In this document: positions 23,243 to 35,015 of the stretch, in pieces | Layout: every line of letters starts with the position of its first letter | Numbering within the stretch: position 1 is the stretch's first letter | Assembly: GCA_937625935.1 (NCBI GenBank) | Contig: OW569387.1 | Span: forward strand, 62,001-126,000 | Reading direction: 5' to 3' | Source: Tetramitus jugosus | Lineage: Eukaryota; Protista; Heterolobosea | DNA length: 64,000 nucleotides | Made by a program: the position numbers and the translations under genes | The notes under the pieces: model-generated | The model's database searches: none | What the model was told of the DNA's origin: nothing | Seen by the model: the letters and a program-made list of their open reading frames with translations, nothing else

Positions 23243-23899
23243 ATGGCAGAGATGAAGTATTTTGCAATTGATGTCGAATGCGCTGCGACTGGAAAGGCAC
23301 ATGATGCAAGAACACCTATCGCAGTTACAATGGTTGATCAACAATTGAAAGTTATTGTTGATGAAATTATCAAACCATCGCTGCCTATTGTAAACTACCT
23401 AACTCCGCTCACTGGCATCTCCGAGGGACATATGGCTCTGGCCAAGAGTTTCTCTGATGTTGTACAAATAATTCGTGAACACTTACCAAGAGATTCCATT
23501 ATTATTGGACAAGGAGTTGGTCGTGATCTAGCTTGGCTAGGATTAACACAAGGTGTGGATTATGATTCCATTGTTGATTTGTCAGATGAAATCAAGTATT
23601 ACAACCCCCGATACAGAAACTATTCCGTTTTCTCATTGAAACATGCTGTTTCTTGTGTATTGAATCAAGAAATTCAGGAAAACAACCATTCTTGTCGAGA
23701 GGATGCTATTGCCTCAATGGCATTCTTCAACAAGTGGTCCATGTTGACTGACAACCAAAAAACTGGTTTCAAACACAAAATGGGCAACACTAGACCAGCT
23801 CCATCCTTTCCTAAATTGAATAACTATCAGTATCAAGGGATCTGTCTCGCAGGATTTATGCCCAAGTTCTGCATTTGTGGCGCTCGCAACCTAACTTGA
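23243..23899 (+). CDS. DEDDh 3'-5' RNA exonuclease (REX4/ISG20-like)
   Basis: FAIDVEC, NYLTPLTGIS, D in GRDL, SLK, HSCREDA; C-terminal CLAGFMPKFCICG. Confidence 0.88.
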   Translation: MAEMKYFAIDVECAATGKAHDARTPIAVTMVDQQLKVIVDEIIKPSLPIVNYLTPLTGISEGHMALAKSFSDVVQIIREHLPRDSIIIGQGVGRDLAWLGLTQGVDYDSIVDLSDEIKYYNPRYRNYSVFSLKHAVSCVLNQEIQENNHSCREDAIASMAFFNKWSMLTDNQKTGFKHKMGNTRPAPSFPKLNNYQYQGICLAGFMPKFCICGARNLT

Positions 23900-24298
23900 C
23901 TAAAGTGTCCAGTCCTCAATTCCTTAATCATTGATCTGTAAATAGTACGTAGTAAACAAACAGGAATTATTTCAGTACGTGAAAGGTGTAATGTAATAGT
24001 GGCCCGTATCATGCCTCCTGTTGGTCTTGCTGATCCGAGAAAAGGGGTCACTTCGTCCGTTGTTTATTCATGGCCCAAAGCAAGCACTGTGACAAACAAT
24101 CCTGAGGTCAAGCCCACGGATCTCGTAAGTTCATTCTTTCGGGAAGTGAATCTAAGACCATTTGTGCAGGGCAATCACACTCTGGAGCAGTGTTGGGAAA
24201 TCATATGGAACAATCGAGTCCTGGGCTCCAGAACTCTTGTCACATCAAGAACATGATGAATCGTGTGACATTTACAGTTTTGGCATCATATCTTTATT

Positions 24299-25207
24299 TT
24301 ACAAGAAGAGCTCTTTGTTCTCTTCGATAAATTGAGACAAAGTTCTTGGAGTCTTGCCAGTCAAAATCTGATAGTCACCAACAACGATCGGTTGGTGAGC
24401 CTTTATCATCTGATAAAGCTTCACGAGACCGAATGCATAACTCTCTGGTGTGCCAACTTCAATGAGTAGCTTGTAGTAGGAGAAATCATCCAATGATGCG
24501 ATCTCAATTGGTTTTCCCACAATCTTTGTGAATAGATCAGCGATTTGCTGTGGGGTAAAAACTTCTGGACCTGTGAGCACATAGGTTCGATTTCTGGTCG
24601 TTTCGACTGGTTGAGTCAAAGCAGTAGCGACTGCTTCACCAATATCTCTAACATCAACAAAGTTGGATGGATAGTCCACCTTGTCAGGGAGTCCAGGCTT
24701 ATAAATCTTACCGGCATGCTTAATACTTTGAAGATCAACTGTAATGAAGTTTTGAATGAACATGGCTGGCCTCAGGAACACAAATGAAAATCCATGTGCT
24801 TTAGATAGTTCATTGATTGCAAACTCTGATTCAGAGTGACCTCTCAAGAGTCCTCCAAAATCATTGTCCAACGAAGCACCGATGGCACCAATCTTTACAA
24901 TTTGTTTGAGGGAAGAAGAATTCTTTTCCAAAGCCTTCTTGACAATGGAAACGTCGTATTGAGCCTCATTATTTACAATGAAAATTCTTTCGATATTCTC
25001 AAAGGCTTGGTCATTGAGGTTTGATTTGTAATCTCCAGCAAAGTACTGCAAAGCCTCGGTAGAGTTAGGATGGTTCTTGAACAAACTTCTGGCTTTTTCC
25101 TCACTTCGCACCAAAAGTTTAATGTCCTTAGCTCCGTGATCCAAGAGAGAAAGTACAGTCTGCTCCCCTACTTTACCAGTTCCTCCAATGATTAAAATAC
25201 TGCTCAT
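24299..25207 (-). CDS. NmrA-like atypical SDR NAD(P)-binding protein
   Basis: ILIIGGTGKVG, LRPAMFIQN, FVDVRDIG, TGPE, TGKTPRTL. Confidence 0.88.
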   Translation of the reverse strand: MSSILIIGGTGKVGEQTVLSLLDHGAKDIKLLVRSEEKARSLFKNHPNSTEALQYFAGDYKSNLNDQAFENIERIFIVNNEAQYDVSIVKKALEKNSSSLKQIVKIGAIGASLDNDFGGLLRGHSESEFAINELSKAHGFSFVFLRPAMFIQNFITVDLQSIKHAGKIYKPGLPDKVDYPSNFVDVRDIGEAVATALTQPVETTRNRTYVLTGPEVFTPQQIADLFTKIVGKPIEIASLDDFSYYKLLIEVGTPESYAFGLVKLYQMIKAHQPIVVGDYQILTGKTPRTLSQFIEENKELFL

Positions 25208-25664
25208 GATTTCTCTATCGTTGATACTATAATGCTTGTAGACCTTGTTTTGTTGTTGAAAAAGTAAATAGTTGAAGGTACAAGAACAGGTTTTAATATC
25301 GACCTGGGAATTGTGCGCTCGGATGAATTTCCTTTCGGATTATACATGAAAACGTCTCTGCGTGGATGCAATGGCGCATTGGTACAATAGCGCATTATTT
25401 TCACCATTGAAATTCAGAGCGGGAATAACTTTCTCAATAGTCGTAGCCTTTCCCAAGTAGTCCGAAACAACAGCTGTAGTGGAATAACTCGCGCCTGGAG
25501 AATTCAACATCAAGATTACCCCGAGCTTTGGCAGAAAAACGCGTTGTTCATTGAACCAAAAAACATCATGTGGCGCCACAAACAAAAAAAGCGGCGGCGA
25601 AAAAAAAAGCCAACAACACAAAAACATCAACAACACAAACCAACAGAAAACAAAAAAAAAGACA

Positions 25665-26201
25665 ATGGACTACGTTACATCATGGTGGAGCGGTGGTAGC
25701 TCTCAACAACAACAACCAGCAGCACAACAACAGAATGCCAACGCAGGAGGTGTCTCTGAAAAAATTCTTCTCCATGCAACCATTGAACAAGCCATGAAAG
25801 TCATTACAGATTATGCTCACTATGGTGATTTTCTCGAAGGATGCAATCGAACAGAAATTGTTCATCAATCACCAGACGGCAAAGTAGCCGATGTATTTTG
25901 GGACGTTTCCGTGTCCATTAAGACTGTCGAGTACACGCTGAGATTGACTGAGAACGAGGACGGAAGGGGAATCACATGGACGGTAGTCGACGGAAAAACT
26001 GGACCTTTTGTAAAGAATGTCGGAGGATGGTCATTGAAGGAGACTGAGACTCCAGGCATCATTGAAGCCACTTACTTTGTTGATATAGAGTTGAATGTAT
26101 GGGTGCCTGAATTCTTGAAGAATTGGGTGTTGAGCTCTGGTTTGCCTGCCACGTTGAGCTCGTTCAAGAAGCGTATTGAACAAGAAGCAGCTAAAAAGTA
26201 A
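25665..26201 (+). CDS. SRPBCC/START polyketide cyclase-like (COQ10/RatA-like) protein
   Basis: VITDYAHYGDFLEGC, GPFVKNVGGWSL, C-terminal helix TLSSFKKRIE. Confidence 0.8.
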   Translation: MDYVTSWWSGGSSQQQQPAAQQQNANAGGVSEKILLHATIEQAMKVITDYAHYGDFLEGCNRTEIVHQSPDGKVADVFWDVSVSIKTVEYTLRLTENEDGRGITWTVVDGKTGPFVKNVGGWSLKETETPGIIEATYFVDIELNVWVPEFLKNWVLSSGLPATLSSFKKRIEQEAAKK

Positions 26202-26312
26202 ATAAACCAACAACTGCTCTGTGTATGTGTGTAAGTAATTAAGGAATAAAAAAAAAGAATGGCATTTATTTGTTCATTTACAGTTTTGTTTGTTTTCGAG
26301 GCATGTGGTGTT

Positions 26313-27658
26313 TCACTTTTGAGCATGATGATCAATCAGTCTTAACGATTCTCGGTGATGCAAAGTGTTAGTGTTGTTGGAAGGAGAAGTGGCAACGTCA
26401 GCAGTTGCTGGTGGACAGCACCAATCATCGCTGCAATCTTTGGCACATATCATTTCACAAGATTGGCCCTTAAGTGCAGCAGACTTGTGACAGGAGGAGA
26501 CAGGCTCTGGTTGGATGGTTGTTGAATGAATTCCATGCCTAGGCCGGAGAAGTTGTAACAATCTGCAAGAGAGAGAGTACTCTTTCGTTACAATGTTTAT
26601 CTAGCGTACAAACCCAAGAAAGACATAGTCCCCAACCCTGCTAGGAACATGATAAAACTGGAAGAGTGCCAGATCGTCTTCTCTGGACGACCCTCCGAGT
26701 GTTTTTGATTGAGAATAGCTTCTCCTTCGTCCTCTTCCTCATGGTTGTGCCCGTCAGCCATCACTTCGAGCATTGTCACAAACATGAATGCACCACTGGC
26801 CACCGCAAGAGCGGCGCCAGAAATCAGATTGAACAGGTTCTCGTTCTTTTTGAATCCAGCACTGTCTGAAATGCCAATACCAAAACTGATTCCTACTGGA
26901 GCGACACAAGAGAAGGTTATCAGAACGAATCCAATGTATAATAAATGTTTCCAATTCAAACGAGCTGTCAAACTAAAGCCTCTTGCTATCGTACGGCCAA
27001 GAAGGAAAGCTTCAAAAATCTTGCTCGATAAATTTACAGCAAGTAGGACCCAAATCTGCTTCGTGTCCAATACAGCACCAAGACTTAGTGACTCAAACAG
27101 AGAAAAAGTACCGAGTGATAACCAAAGAATGATGGAGCTCAACAATGAAGTCTTTGTCAACTGAGAATACTTGACATGATCTATATCTTGTGCTTCATCA
27201 TCATGTGTTGTTACCTCCTCCATTTTCTCTTCAAGCTCTATGAAAGAGTCTTCCTCCTCCTTGTTCTTAGACACAGCTCTAAACGAAACACACCATCGGA
27301 TCCATATCGTTTCTAGAAAATAGACAAAGAACAATGAACAACTAGCCAGCAGTTCAACCCATGGAAAGTCAACGTACCAAGCTTGGTCATTACCTCTTGT
27401 CTTCAAAACCATGCTTCGAATGGTCGAGTTCATTCTTTCATCAGCTACAGGTATCCAATACAACGGTGCGGCACCAAAGAGAACACCACTGGATAGACCA
27501 GAGAAGAAATTTATGAACAATTTCACTGAGCTTGACTTGAAGTGTCGTTTGAAAAAGTTTACTCTACTCATAACGATAGGAACGACTGTTATGAGTAATG
27601 ATATACATGGGAGGCAGCATAGATATGCAATTTTTATCATTGGCAATGGGAAGGTCAT
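26313..27658 (-). CDS. Divergent ZIP subfamily I-like transporter; unspliced stop at 26597, or spliced form (intron 26563-26609) ending at 26313
   Basis: SSGVLFG, FPWVE, FESLSLG, KIFEAF, APVGISFG, VASGAFMFV; 8-TM layout. Confidence 0.8.
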
Positions 27659-27922
27659 GCTTGATGTTTTTCTTCTTATTGTGTGGAGGTGGGTTCACAA
27701 ACGTGCTTCGTTTTATGGTTTCAGATATAAGGTGTGTTTGACCTCTCTATTGATCAGAATTGAATCCTCCAGCTTCCAGAACATGAGTGAAGAGTCCCAA
27801 ATAACGCGAAAAAATAGGAGTTTTTGACAACGAAAGAGCCAAATTAGTTTGGATACCTTGCTTATCTAAGGAGGATGCTCAATTATCCGAACATGATGCA
27901 GCAACCTATTGTTCTTGAAGTG

Positions 27923-29458
27923 TCACACTCCCTTGTTTGCATCCTCGGTTAGAGACTGCTGACTCGCTTCGTCATTACTCGCGTAGGTGTGTGTCTCATT
28001 TGCTAGCTCAATATCTTGTTCAGTACTGAGTTCTGCACTGGACTCAACCTTCAAAATTGCCGTTGGATTCTTCTGTTGAACTTTACTTCGATCCAGTAAG
28101 AGGAAAGCAATACCAAAACCAATGAGGTAAAGTGTGGAGATTATGAGAGGCATTAGCCAGGGAAATTTGATTCGCTGTCCTATTCCGTACACGGTTCCAG
28201 CAACGATGGGGCCAAATGCCTTGGACAAATTGCCCAGTGTTTGAATAGAACCCTGCACCAGACCTTGATTATTGAGATCACTCAAATTACCAATCATACC
28301 GTTCAGGGCTGGGATCAAAATAGTTCTAGAAGCACTGGCCAGTAAGGCATTGCAACAAAGGATACACACAACAAACAACGTGGTCCACCACGTCTTATTG
28401 AAATGATTGAGCCAATAGGGGAAGGGAGCCAGCGAAAACATTGTCATATCAACGGTAGCACATAGCGAAGCAATCAGAAACATGGTATAGAGACCCAGCT
28501 TCTTCATTGCCGGTTTGTAGATAATGAGCTGAAATATGGCACAAGTTAAACCAAACACTCCAATATAGAGGCCAGTTCCCAAGACAGAAAAGCCCATGCC
28601 ATATTCAGCAATGGCTCCTCCGCTGATGATAGCCCACAGAGTAATGCTAGCAGAGTTCGAAAAGTAGCTCATGCAGAACAAAAGTGTAACAATGGATAGA
28701 GTACGATGCAAAAAGAGTGCCTCTAGACCTGAAAAGAAGGCACGACCATATCCGCAACGCATCCCTTGTACCCTTTTCTTCAAAATCATGGTCTTTTTGT
28801 TTGTTTCTCCCAGAAACAATGATATGACAATGCCAACGAGGCACACACCAGATGCCATAAAGCTGGCAAGCATATATGGATTACCACTGTATATCTTGCG
28901 AAGGAGACTGAGTAAGGAGACACCAACGAGGGAAGAGAAGGCACGAGCAATGGCATAAGTTGTAGCAATGTATGCCAACAGTAAACTACGATTGTGCTCT
29001 GAACTAATATCGGTCAATGTGGCCTTGGATGTCGCGTGAATACCACCAGCACATCCTTGCAAAAATCTGACAAGAGCTGCAAGCCACCAAACTCTGATCA
29101 GACCAAACACTGCCACACCCAGGAAACTGGCAACTTGCAACAGAACAATGAACCACTTTCTTCCATAGATATCACTCAAGTAACCAATAGGAGCCATGGA
29201 TATGCACTCACCAAAGAACAAGGCACTAGATATGATACCAACAATCAAGCTTGAATATTGGCTATCATGAGGTATACCCATCCTTTCTGCGACCATAAAA
29301 GGCAGAATAGGCTCAATTAGCGTTTGACTAATGGCACTGGAAGCAATGAGGACATAGATTGCAATTGCTTTTCTCTTGACTGGCCACGGAGTGGTCTCTT
29401 CTTTTTGCTCGCCACTTTCTTCAGAAGTGACAATTATTTTCTTATCTTCAGTTGACAT
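27923..29458 (-). CDS. MFS transporter (DHA1/ZIFL-like)
   Basis: Motif A GYLSDIYGRK, RFLQG, about 12 TM, QGLVQG...FGPIVAG. Confidence 0.9.
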   Translation of the reverse strand: MSTEDKKIIVTSEESGEQKEETTPWPVKRKAIAIYVLIASSAISQTLIEPILPFMVAERMGIPHDSQYSSLIVGIISSALFFGECISMAPIGYLSDIYGRKWFIVLLQVASFLGVAVFGLIRVWWLAALVRFLQGCAGGIHATSKATLTDISSEHNRSLLLAYIATTYAIARAFSSLVGVSLLSLLRKIYSGNPYMLASFMASGVCLVGIVISLFLGETNKKTMILKKRVQGMRCGYGRAFFSGLEALFLHRTLSIVTLLFCMSYFSNSASITLWAIISGGAIAEYGMGFSVLGTGLYIGVFGLTCAIFQLIIYKPAMKKLGLYTMFLIASLCATVDMTMFSLAPFPYWLNHFNKTWWTTLFVVCILCCNALLASASRTILIPALNGMIGNLSDLNNQGLVQGSIQTLGNLSKAFGPIVAGTVYGIGQRIKFPWLMPLIISTLYLIGFGIAFLLLDRSKVQQKNPTAILKVESSAELSTEQDIELANETHTYASNDEASQQSLTEDANKGV

Positions 29459-30053
29459 GATTTGTTTTCTAGCTCTCTGTTATGTGGCGATAGACAGTTA
29501 TTCACATCAATAAGCCACACTTTAAAAAGCAACCTAAATCTCTCTCTCAGCGACAAGGTCGCTGGCCAAATTGTTTTTGAAGTTGGAAATTGGAGATTCC
29601 AGAGTAATAGCGAAAGCTACATTAGGGAAACGCGATTCTTTTCGCAAGTTGCGAAGCGCGATAGATGGATATTGGCAGGTACATGGATCATTCCAACACA
29701 AGTAAATATCGGGACACTTTCCAACAAATGAGAAGAAGAGAGGTATTGACAAGATTCCTTCTCAACAGACGAAAACAACAGATCCTGACCAATGGTCGGA
29801 GTTTTTTTGGAGCAGAAACTTTTCCTACACTGCTGAAGAAACGTTTCTACCTTCACATCTCGAATTCAGCAAATGATCAAAACCACAACTTAACTCAGTA
29901 CCAGCACAGCAATCTTTTCCTGATTTTTCTTTTTGGCGGGCTTTTGTCAACAAGGGAACTTTGAGCGAACCATTCCGATTGAACATCGGCGTTTCTAGAA
30001 CATGGATGGGACACAAATCAAACTCAGACGCCAGGCAGAAACACACAAAAAAA

Positions 30054-31685
30054 ATGATCAACCCTACGGAAGGGCAGTTGCAACTCGTACCATATGAACT
30101 CTTGATCCACATGTTTGGTTATCTAGTCCAACCAAAGACTCCATATGACTACAGAGAGGTGTACAGGACGATTCTACGAGTTTGCAAGAGTTGGTACTGG
30201 GCGACCACTCGGTCTGAACTAGGCCGGAAACATTTCTATAGGGAACTACAGTTGGATTCAAAGCATGCAACAAGTGTGTTCATTCACAAAATGTTGAGTT
30301 GTTTAGCAGTGAATGCTGCGAGTCGGCATGGTGAATTGAGTGGAGGCCATGGGAGTGATGGTTCAGGCAGTGTTGCTCATCTGCAACGATCGTACTTTGC
30401 CGATTGTAAAAAATTGATCATTTTGAGAGAGAGTTCGGTGGCAGATAGACTTGATCCATTGTCATGCTCCAGTCTCGTTCAGTTACTGTCCTATGTGAGA
30501 GAGCTCACTAGTGTAAGTCTTCAGTTTGCGTGCGCACGATTTTGTGATATTGGTGAGTTGTTGGAGGCCATGTTTGCTCTGTGTGACTCTGTAGAGAAAC
30601 TTGCATTGTATGCTCCGGATTTGAGTGATGATCATGTGGCGATGATCAGTCAGAGAGTAAAGAAATTGAAGAAGATTGATTTCTGGGGAGCAAGAACAAC
30701 GGACAAGTCACTGTCCAGTGTTGCGATGGCTGGAAGTTCGTTGGAGAAGCTAGCGTTTGGTGGTTTCATGTACAGTACTGCTTCTCTTGCTTTTTGTGAG
30801 AGCATGGTAAAGTGCACCGCGTTGAAAACATTGAATATCTCACGATGTTACAGAGTTACGGAGAACGACTTATTGGCGTTGCCACAGACGATTGAAAAAT
30901 TGAACCTGAATTATTGTACAGGTATTAGGGATTGTGGCCCAATAGCGGAGCATTTTGTGAACCTTCGAGAACTTTCAATGGTTCAATCAAGCAAGGATTT
31001 CATTGCGTCGACAATTCCCAAGTTGGCTTCGTTATCTAACACACTACAACACTTGAATATTCGAGATATTCATGTCACTAACCAGGATTTCATTCTAGCC
31101 GTCTCTGCTCTGGTTAATTTACGCTCTCTAGACATTACTAATTGTAGTAGAATTTCGCCAGAGGCTATTCTTGAAACATTTGGAAACGGGAGCAGACATC
31201 CAAAGTTGACGTACTTGAAAATGGAAGAGTGCTATTGTATAGATGATCGTGTTTGCACTCAAGTATTAAGCAATATGTCTTTGAAAACACTGATCATTAC
31301 AATACCTAGGATATCAGACGAAACTGCAATTCAATGCTTTTGTGGCACAACAATTTCTAAGTCGCTGCGACACCTCGAGATCGCATACTCTAGGCAGTTG
31401 ACCAATCGTTTTGTTTGGAGTATATCCGCTAGTTTGATGCTGGAGCACTTTGATTTCTTTGGATTTAGTACCAAGAAGGTAACAGAGCACTGTTTGCTAG
31501 AGTTCCCAAGGTACCAGACAAGGCTCCAAACACTGATGATGGGTCCATTCAGAGAGTTCTCAGCTGATGCGTACGAAACGTACATTGCACCTCTCTCCCG
31601 TATCACGACTCTGAAGAGTTGTTCCATCTCGTCCGGAAACGCTTCATTCATATGGAACAAGAATGGAGAATCAAGTAAAAATTAG
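30054..31685 (+). CDS. F-box/LRR protein
   Basis: LVPYELLIHMFGYL...LRVCKSW F-box; Cys-containing LRRs (LxxLNISxCxxVT). Confidence 0.85.
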   Translation: MINPTEGQLQLVPYELLIHMFGYLVQPKTPYDYREVYRTILRVCKSWYWATTRSELGRKHFYRELQLDSKHATSVFIHKMLSCLAVNAASRHGELSGGHGSDGSGSVAHLQRSYFADCKKLIILRESSVADRLDPLSCSSLVQLLSYVRELTSVSLQFACARFCDIGELLEAMFALCDSVEKLALYAPDLSDDHVAMISQRVKKLKKIDFWGARTTDKSLSSVAMAGSSLEKLAFGGFMYSTASLAFCESMVKCTALKTLNISRCYRVTENDLLALPQTIEKLNLNYCTGIRDCGPIAEHFVNLRELSMVQSSKDFIASTIPKLASLSNTLQHLNIRDIHVTNQDFILAVSALVNLRSLDITNCSRISPEAILETFGNGSRHPKLTYLKMEECYCIDDRVCTQVLSNMSLKTLIITIPRISDETAIQCFCGTTISKSLRHLEIAYSRQLTNRFVWSISASLMLEHFDFFGFSTKKVTEHCLLEFPRYQTRLQTLMMGPFREFSADAYETYIAPLSRITTLKSCSISSGNASFIWNKNGESSKN

Positions 31686-31975
31686 ACAATACTAGCTACA
31701 ACGTTTTGGCACCAATTTTCCAATGCTCCGAAACTACAATTTCTCCACCGAAATCTTGCGTTTCGCGGCGCAGGGAATTCAAGCCGGTTCGAAATTTCCC
31801 AGGAATGCAGAACTTCTTCGATTCAAGGATGACAAACATTGACTGTTATCTGACAAAGCTCGCTCACTCACAAACCAAGAAGAAGAACTACTCCCAAAGA
31901 TATTGCTTGGCGGACAAGTTGGAAAAAGAAACCAACACAAAAAACAGGGTCAAAATTTGACGTTACAAAAATTCC

Positions 31976-32950
31976 ATGATGATCTCCTTGACACTTGAAC
32001 GTGAAACAATTGGAAGCCAAGGCCAACTGAATACTCCTTACTTTGTTGCCATTGATGACAAGAACAAGAGATTGTTTGTGAGTGATCCGTCCAATCATAG
32101 CATTCAAGTGTTTGACTCTGAAACGTTCGATTGGATCACTCAGATTGGTCGCTCCGGTTCAGAAAATGGTCAATTCTATCGACCTGGTGGAGTCGTTGTC
32201 AATTCAAAGTCTATTCTACTCGTGGTGGACAGTGGAGGCAATCGTGTGCAAATGTTTGATGAATCACTCGAGTTTATAAAAAGCTTTGGTAGCTTTGGCT
32301 TCAGTTCAGGTCAATTCTCAGGTGCAATTGGAATCGCGGTCAATAAGTACGATAACGATACCATTTATGTTGTTGATCAACTGAACCAGCGCGTTCAAGT
32401 GTTTCATTCGGATGGAACTTACAAGAGTTGTATAGGAAGGGGCCTGTACGGTTCAGGCGATGGAGAATTTGTAAGTGCTTGGGATGTGGCAGTGTCTCAA
32501 ACACCAATTACTAAGAAAACTAGAGTGTTCGTAACAGATGTCAATTCTCATCAAGTTCAAGTCTTTTCAGATCAAGGAGACTTTCTGTTTCGTTTCGGCT
32601 CAAAAGGCTGTGGACCAGGTCAATTCGTGTCACCTTGTGGAATCACAGTCTCAAACGATGGAGAACTTATCGTGTGTGATCGGTTCAATTGTAGAATACA
32701 GGTGTTTGACTCGGAGAATGGCAGTTTCTTGCACGAGTATGGTGGTCAACTGTCTCACCTTCACGGACCAATTGCAATTTCTTTTTCACAAAGTAGCCGG
32801 AGGATCATTGTTAGCTCTTCGGAATCCAGTTCTGTCCAAGCATTTCAATACAAGTCCCTCCGATGGCCTTGGAGAATGAACATGCAGCGGAATCAATTCC
32901 AATGGAGCAACAACCTTTCCGATGTCACGATACTATGTGACAACTCTTAA
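31976..32950 (+). CDS. NHL-repeat beta-propeller protein
   Basis: Repeated GQFxxPxGIAV...VxDxxNxRVQVF. Confidence 0.92.
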   Translation: MMISLTLERETIGSQGQLNTPYFVAIDDKNKRLFVSDPSNHSIQVFDSETFDWITQIGRSGSENGQFYRPGGVVVNSKSILLVVDSGGNRVQMFDESLEFIKSFGSFGFSSGQFSGAIGIAVNKYDNDTIYVVDQLNQRVQVFHSDGTYKSCIGRGLYGSGDGEFVSAWDVAVSQTPITKKTRVFVTDVNSHQVQVFSDQGDFLFRFGSKGCGPGQFVSPCGITVSNDGELIVCDRFNCRIQVFDSENGSFLHEYGGQLSHLHGPIAISFSQSSRRIIVSSSESSSVQAFQYKSLRWPWRMNMQRNQFQWSNNLSDVTILCDNS

Positions 32951-33225
32951 TTTATTCAAGTAAAATATGTATGATAACAACACACTTTTATGAACCCCTC
33001 AAACCACTTTTAAGAATATCCAACGACATAGACCAGGTATTCGATATGAGAAACAATTGTCCTCTCTGCAGAGACACAAGTATTCTCCGACTAATAGCTC
33101 AACGGAATTCGGACACAAACAAAAAAAAAGAGCTCCTCTGATACCTATTCACATACGGCACAAAAGAAAGTATTTTTTTTTCCTCATCATCCTACACCAA
33201 CCAACCAAGCAACAAGCCAACAACA

Positions 33226-34911
33226 ATGGGAGTGCCATCATCACATCCCTCCCTCTTCTTATTCATACTATTACAATGCTCCCTCACATTACTCCTTTTA
33301 TCGAGCATGATTCAACCATTGAATGGCGCCAAATTTCAATGGAAAAATTGTCATTATCACAAGAATATTACGACAGTGAGTTGTTCGTCAATGAAAAAAA
33401 TTAGAGATGGTGCACCCGTTTCCTTCAAGGTCTCTCCAACGAGAACCACAGTGTCATACTATTGGGACGCACCTGAACAAGAGATTTGTGATGAACAACG
33501 AGTGTTGAGCTTGATGAAGCAAAAGCTTTCATCAGAAACAGCATCGTACAATTGTGAACAATATTTTTGTGAGGCAAAAATTTCAGTTTTGCCCAATGAT
33601 ACTCAACAAGTGATTGATGATCATTTTTCAATCATGAATTATTGTCAGTACTGTAAGAGAAGTGATTTTCAATCGTTTCATGCACGTGTCAAGAGCAAGT
33701 CATGTGGTGGTAGTAGTGATGCTCAAGCATTTGTGTTTCCACAGTATGACAAGTGTTCATCATCGAAACATGATGGTTATCCAGTCATGTTTCGGCCCAT
33801 GTTTCAAAGAAAGGAATCTCGAGATAGGCCATACTTGTGTCATTGTCCATATCTCACGGGAAATGGTGCCAAGTTTGCTGCACAGTGTGACCTATTCTCA
33901 TTTGTGATGATTCCGCTGTATCATGACGTTTATCCGATTTTTATGTTACTGTGTATCAGTTGCCTGCTGATCATTAGTGTCGTGTTCTATTTGATTCCAT
34001 TTTTGGTGGTTCGAATCAAGTCGTTGTTCCGCAGTGGAGGTGATTGGAAGCGAGAGATTGGCGAGTTTTTTGATACCTATGTGTTGATTACGTTGTTTAT
34101 CGAGGCTCATTTTGTACTGCAGATTGTAGAATATGTATTTTCGTTGCCTGTGACAAGGTTGGGAATAACACGGCAAGAGTTTGGCGCAGGATTCTTTCAA
34201 TCCTTGGGCTTTATTCTGTTCTTGTACGCCATGTTTACATTGGTTGTTCTGTGGGTCAATGTACTGTACAAGGCCAAGAGCAAGGACAATAATGCTGGCT
34301 TGATCCTGCCTCTAAAGATTGTCTTATTGGCAATTTATTTGTTGTTGGGATCATTGTCCGTTGTACCATTTGTATCATTATCGAAAAAGTTGAAAATGAA
34401 CGGAAACAAGCTCATTAACAACATTTTCTTCCCATTGTCGATCGTAATGAGTGTCCTGTTGGGGTTCGGCTTTGCTGTGTATGGAATTAGACTATATTTG
34501 AAGATTAGAGAGACGACAAAGTTAAGCATGTTCCAATTGAAGTTCAATCGGTTCATGTTTGTTGCTACAGCGCTCCACCTGGCATTCGCATTTCAAATGA
34601 TGTTCACAACGATTGAAAATTCAGTACCTGGTGGTGCTTTTGGAGCCACGTATCGATATTTGAACATTCCACTCTTATTTATTACATTGATGCTGCTGGA
34701 TATCGCGTTCATGTATCAGACATTTAGACACAATTTGGTGATCGAAGCCTATCCGTGCACCAAGAGCCTGTTTGCCAAGTTCAATCTATCACGGTGTTTC
34801 CACTGGATCAAGAAAAAGTTCCAGCCAGAAGACGACGCAGAGTCCTACTATTACTCGATGGATGCATCCACCACCGATGTCGACAGCTCCACCGTTTCCA
34901 ATGTCAACTAA
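33226..34911 (+). CDS. Putative GPCR-like multi-pass receptor with signal peptide and Cys-rich ectodomain
   Basis: Signal peptide, ~200-aa Cys-rich region, about 7 hydrophobic helices, acidic/Ser-rich tail. Confidence 0.7.
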   Translation: MGVPSSHPSLFLFILLQCSLTLLLLSSMIQPLNGAKFQWKNCHYHKNITTVSCSSMKKIRDGAPVSFKVSPTRTTVSYYWDAPEQEICDEQRVLSLMKQKLSSETASYNCEQYFCEAKISVLPNDTQQVIDDHFSIMNYCQYCKRSDFQSFHARVKSKSCGGSSDAQAFVFPQYDKCSSSKHDGYPVMFRPMFQRKESRDRPYLCHCPYLTGNGAKFAAQCDLFSFVMIPLYHDVYPIFMLLCISCLLIISVVFYLIPFLVVRIKSLFRSGGDWKREIGEFFDTYVLITLFIEAHFVLQIVEYVFSLPVTRLGITRQEFGAGFFQSLGFILFLYAMFTLVVLWVNVLYKAKSKDNNAGLILPLKIVLLAIYLLLGSLSVVPFVSLSKKLKMNGNKLINNIFFPLSIVMSVLLGFGFAVYGIRLYLKIRETTKLSMFQLKFNRFMFVATALHLAFAFQMMFTTIENSVPGGAFGATYRYLNIPLLFITLMLLDIAFMYQTFRHNLVIEAYPCTKSLFAKFNLSRCFHWIKKKFQPEDDAESYYYSMDASTTDVDSSTVSNVN

Positions 34912-35015
34912 ACAATACAACCTCAATTTTTCCGCTCCTTTCCCCGCTTTGTTTTCGCGCTCCTCCAACAAACACTCGAACTGTACATGTTTGAACATTG
35001 ACAATTGAAAGCATC

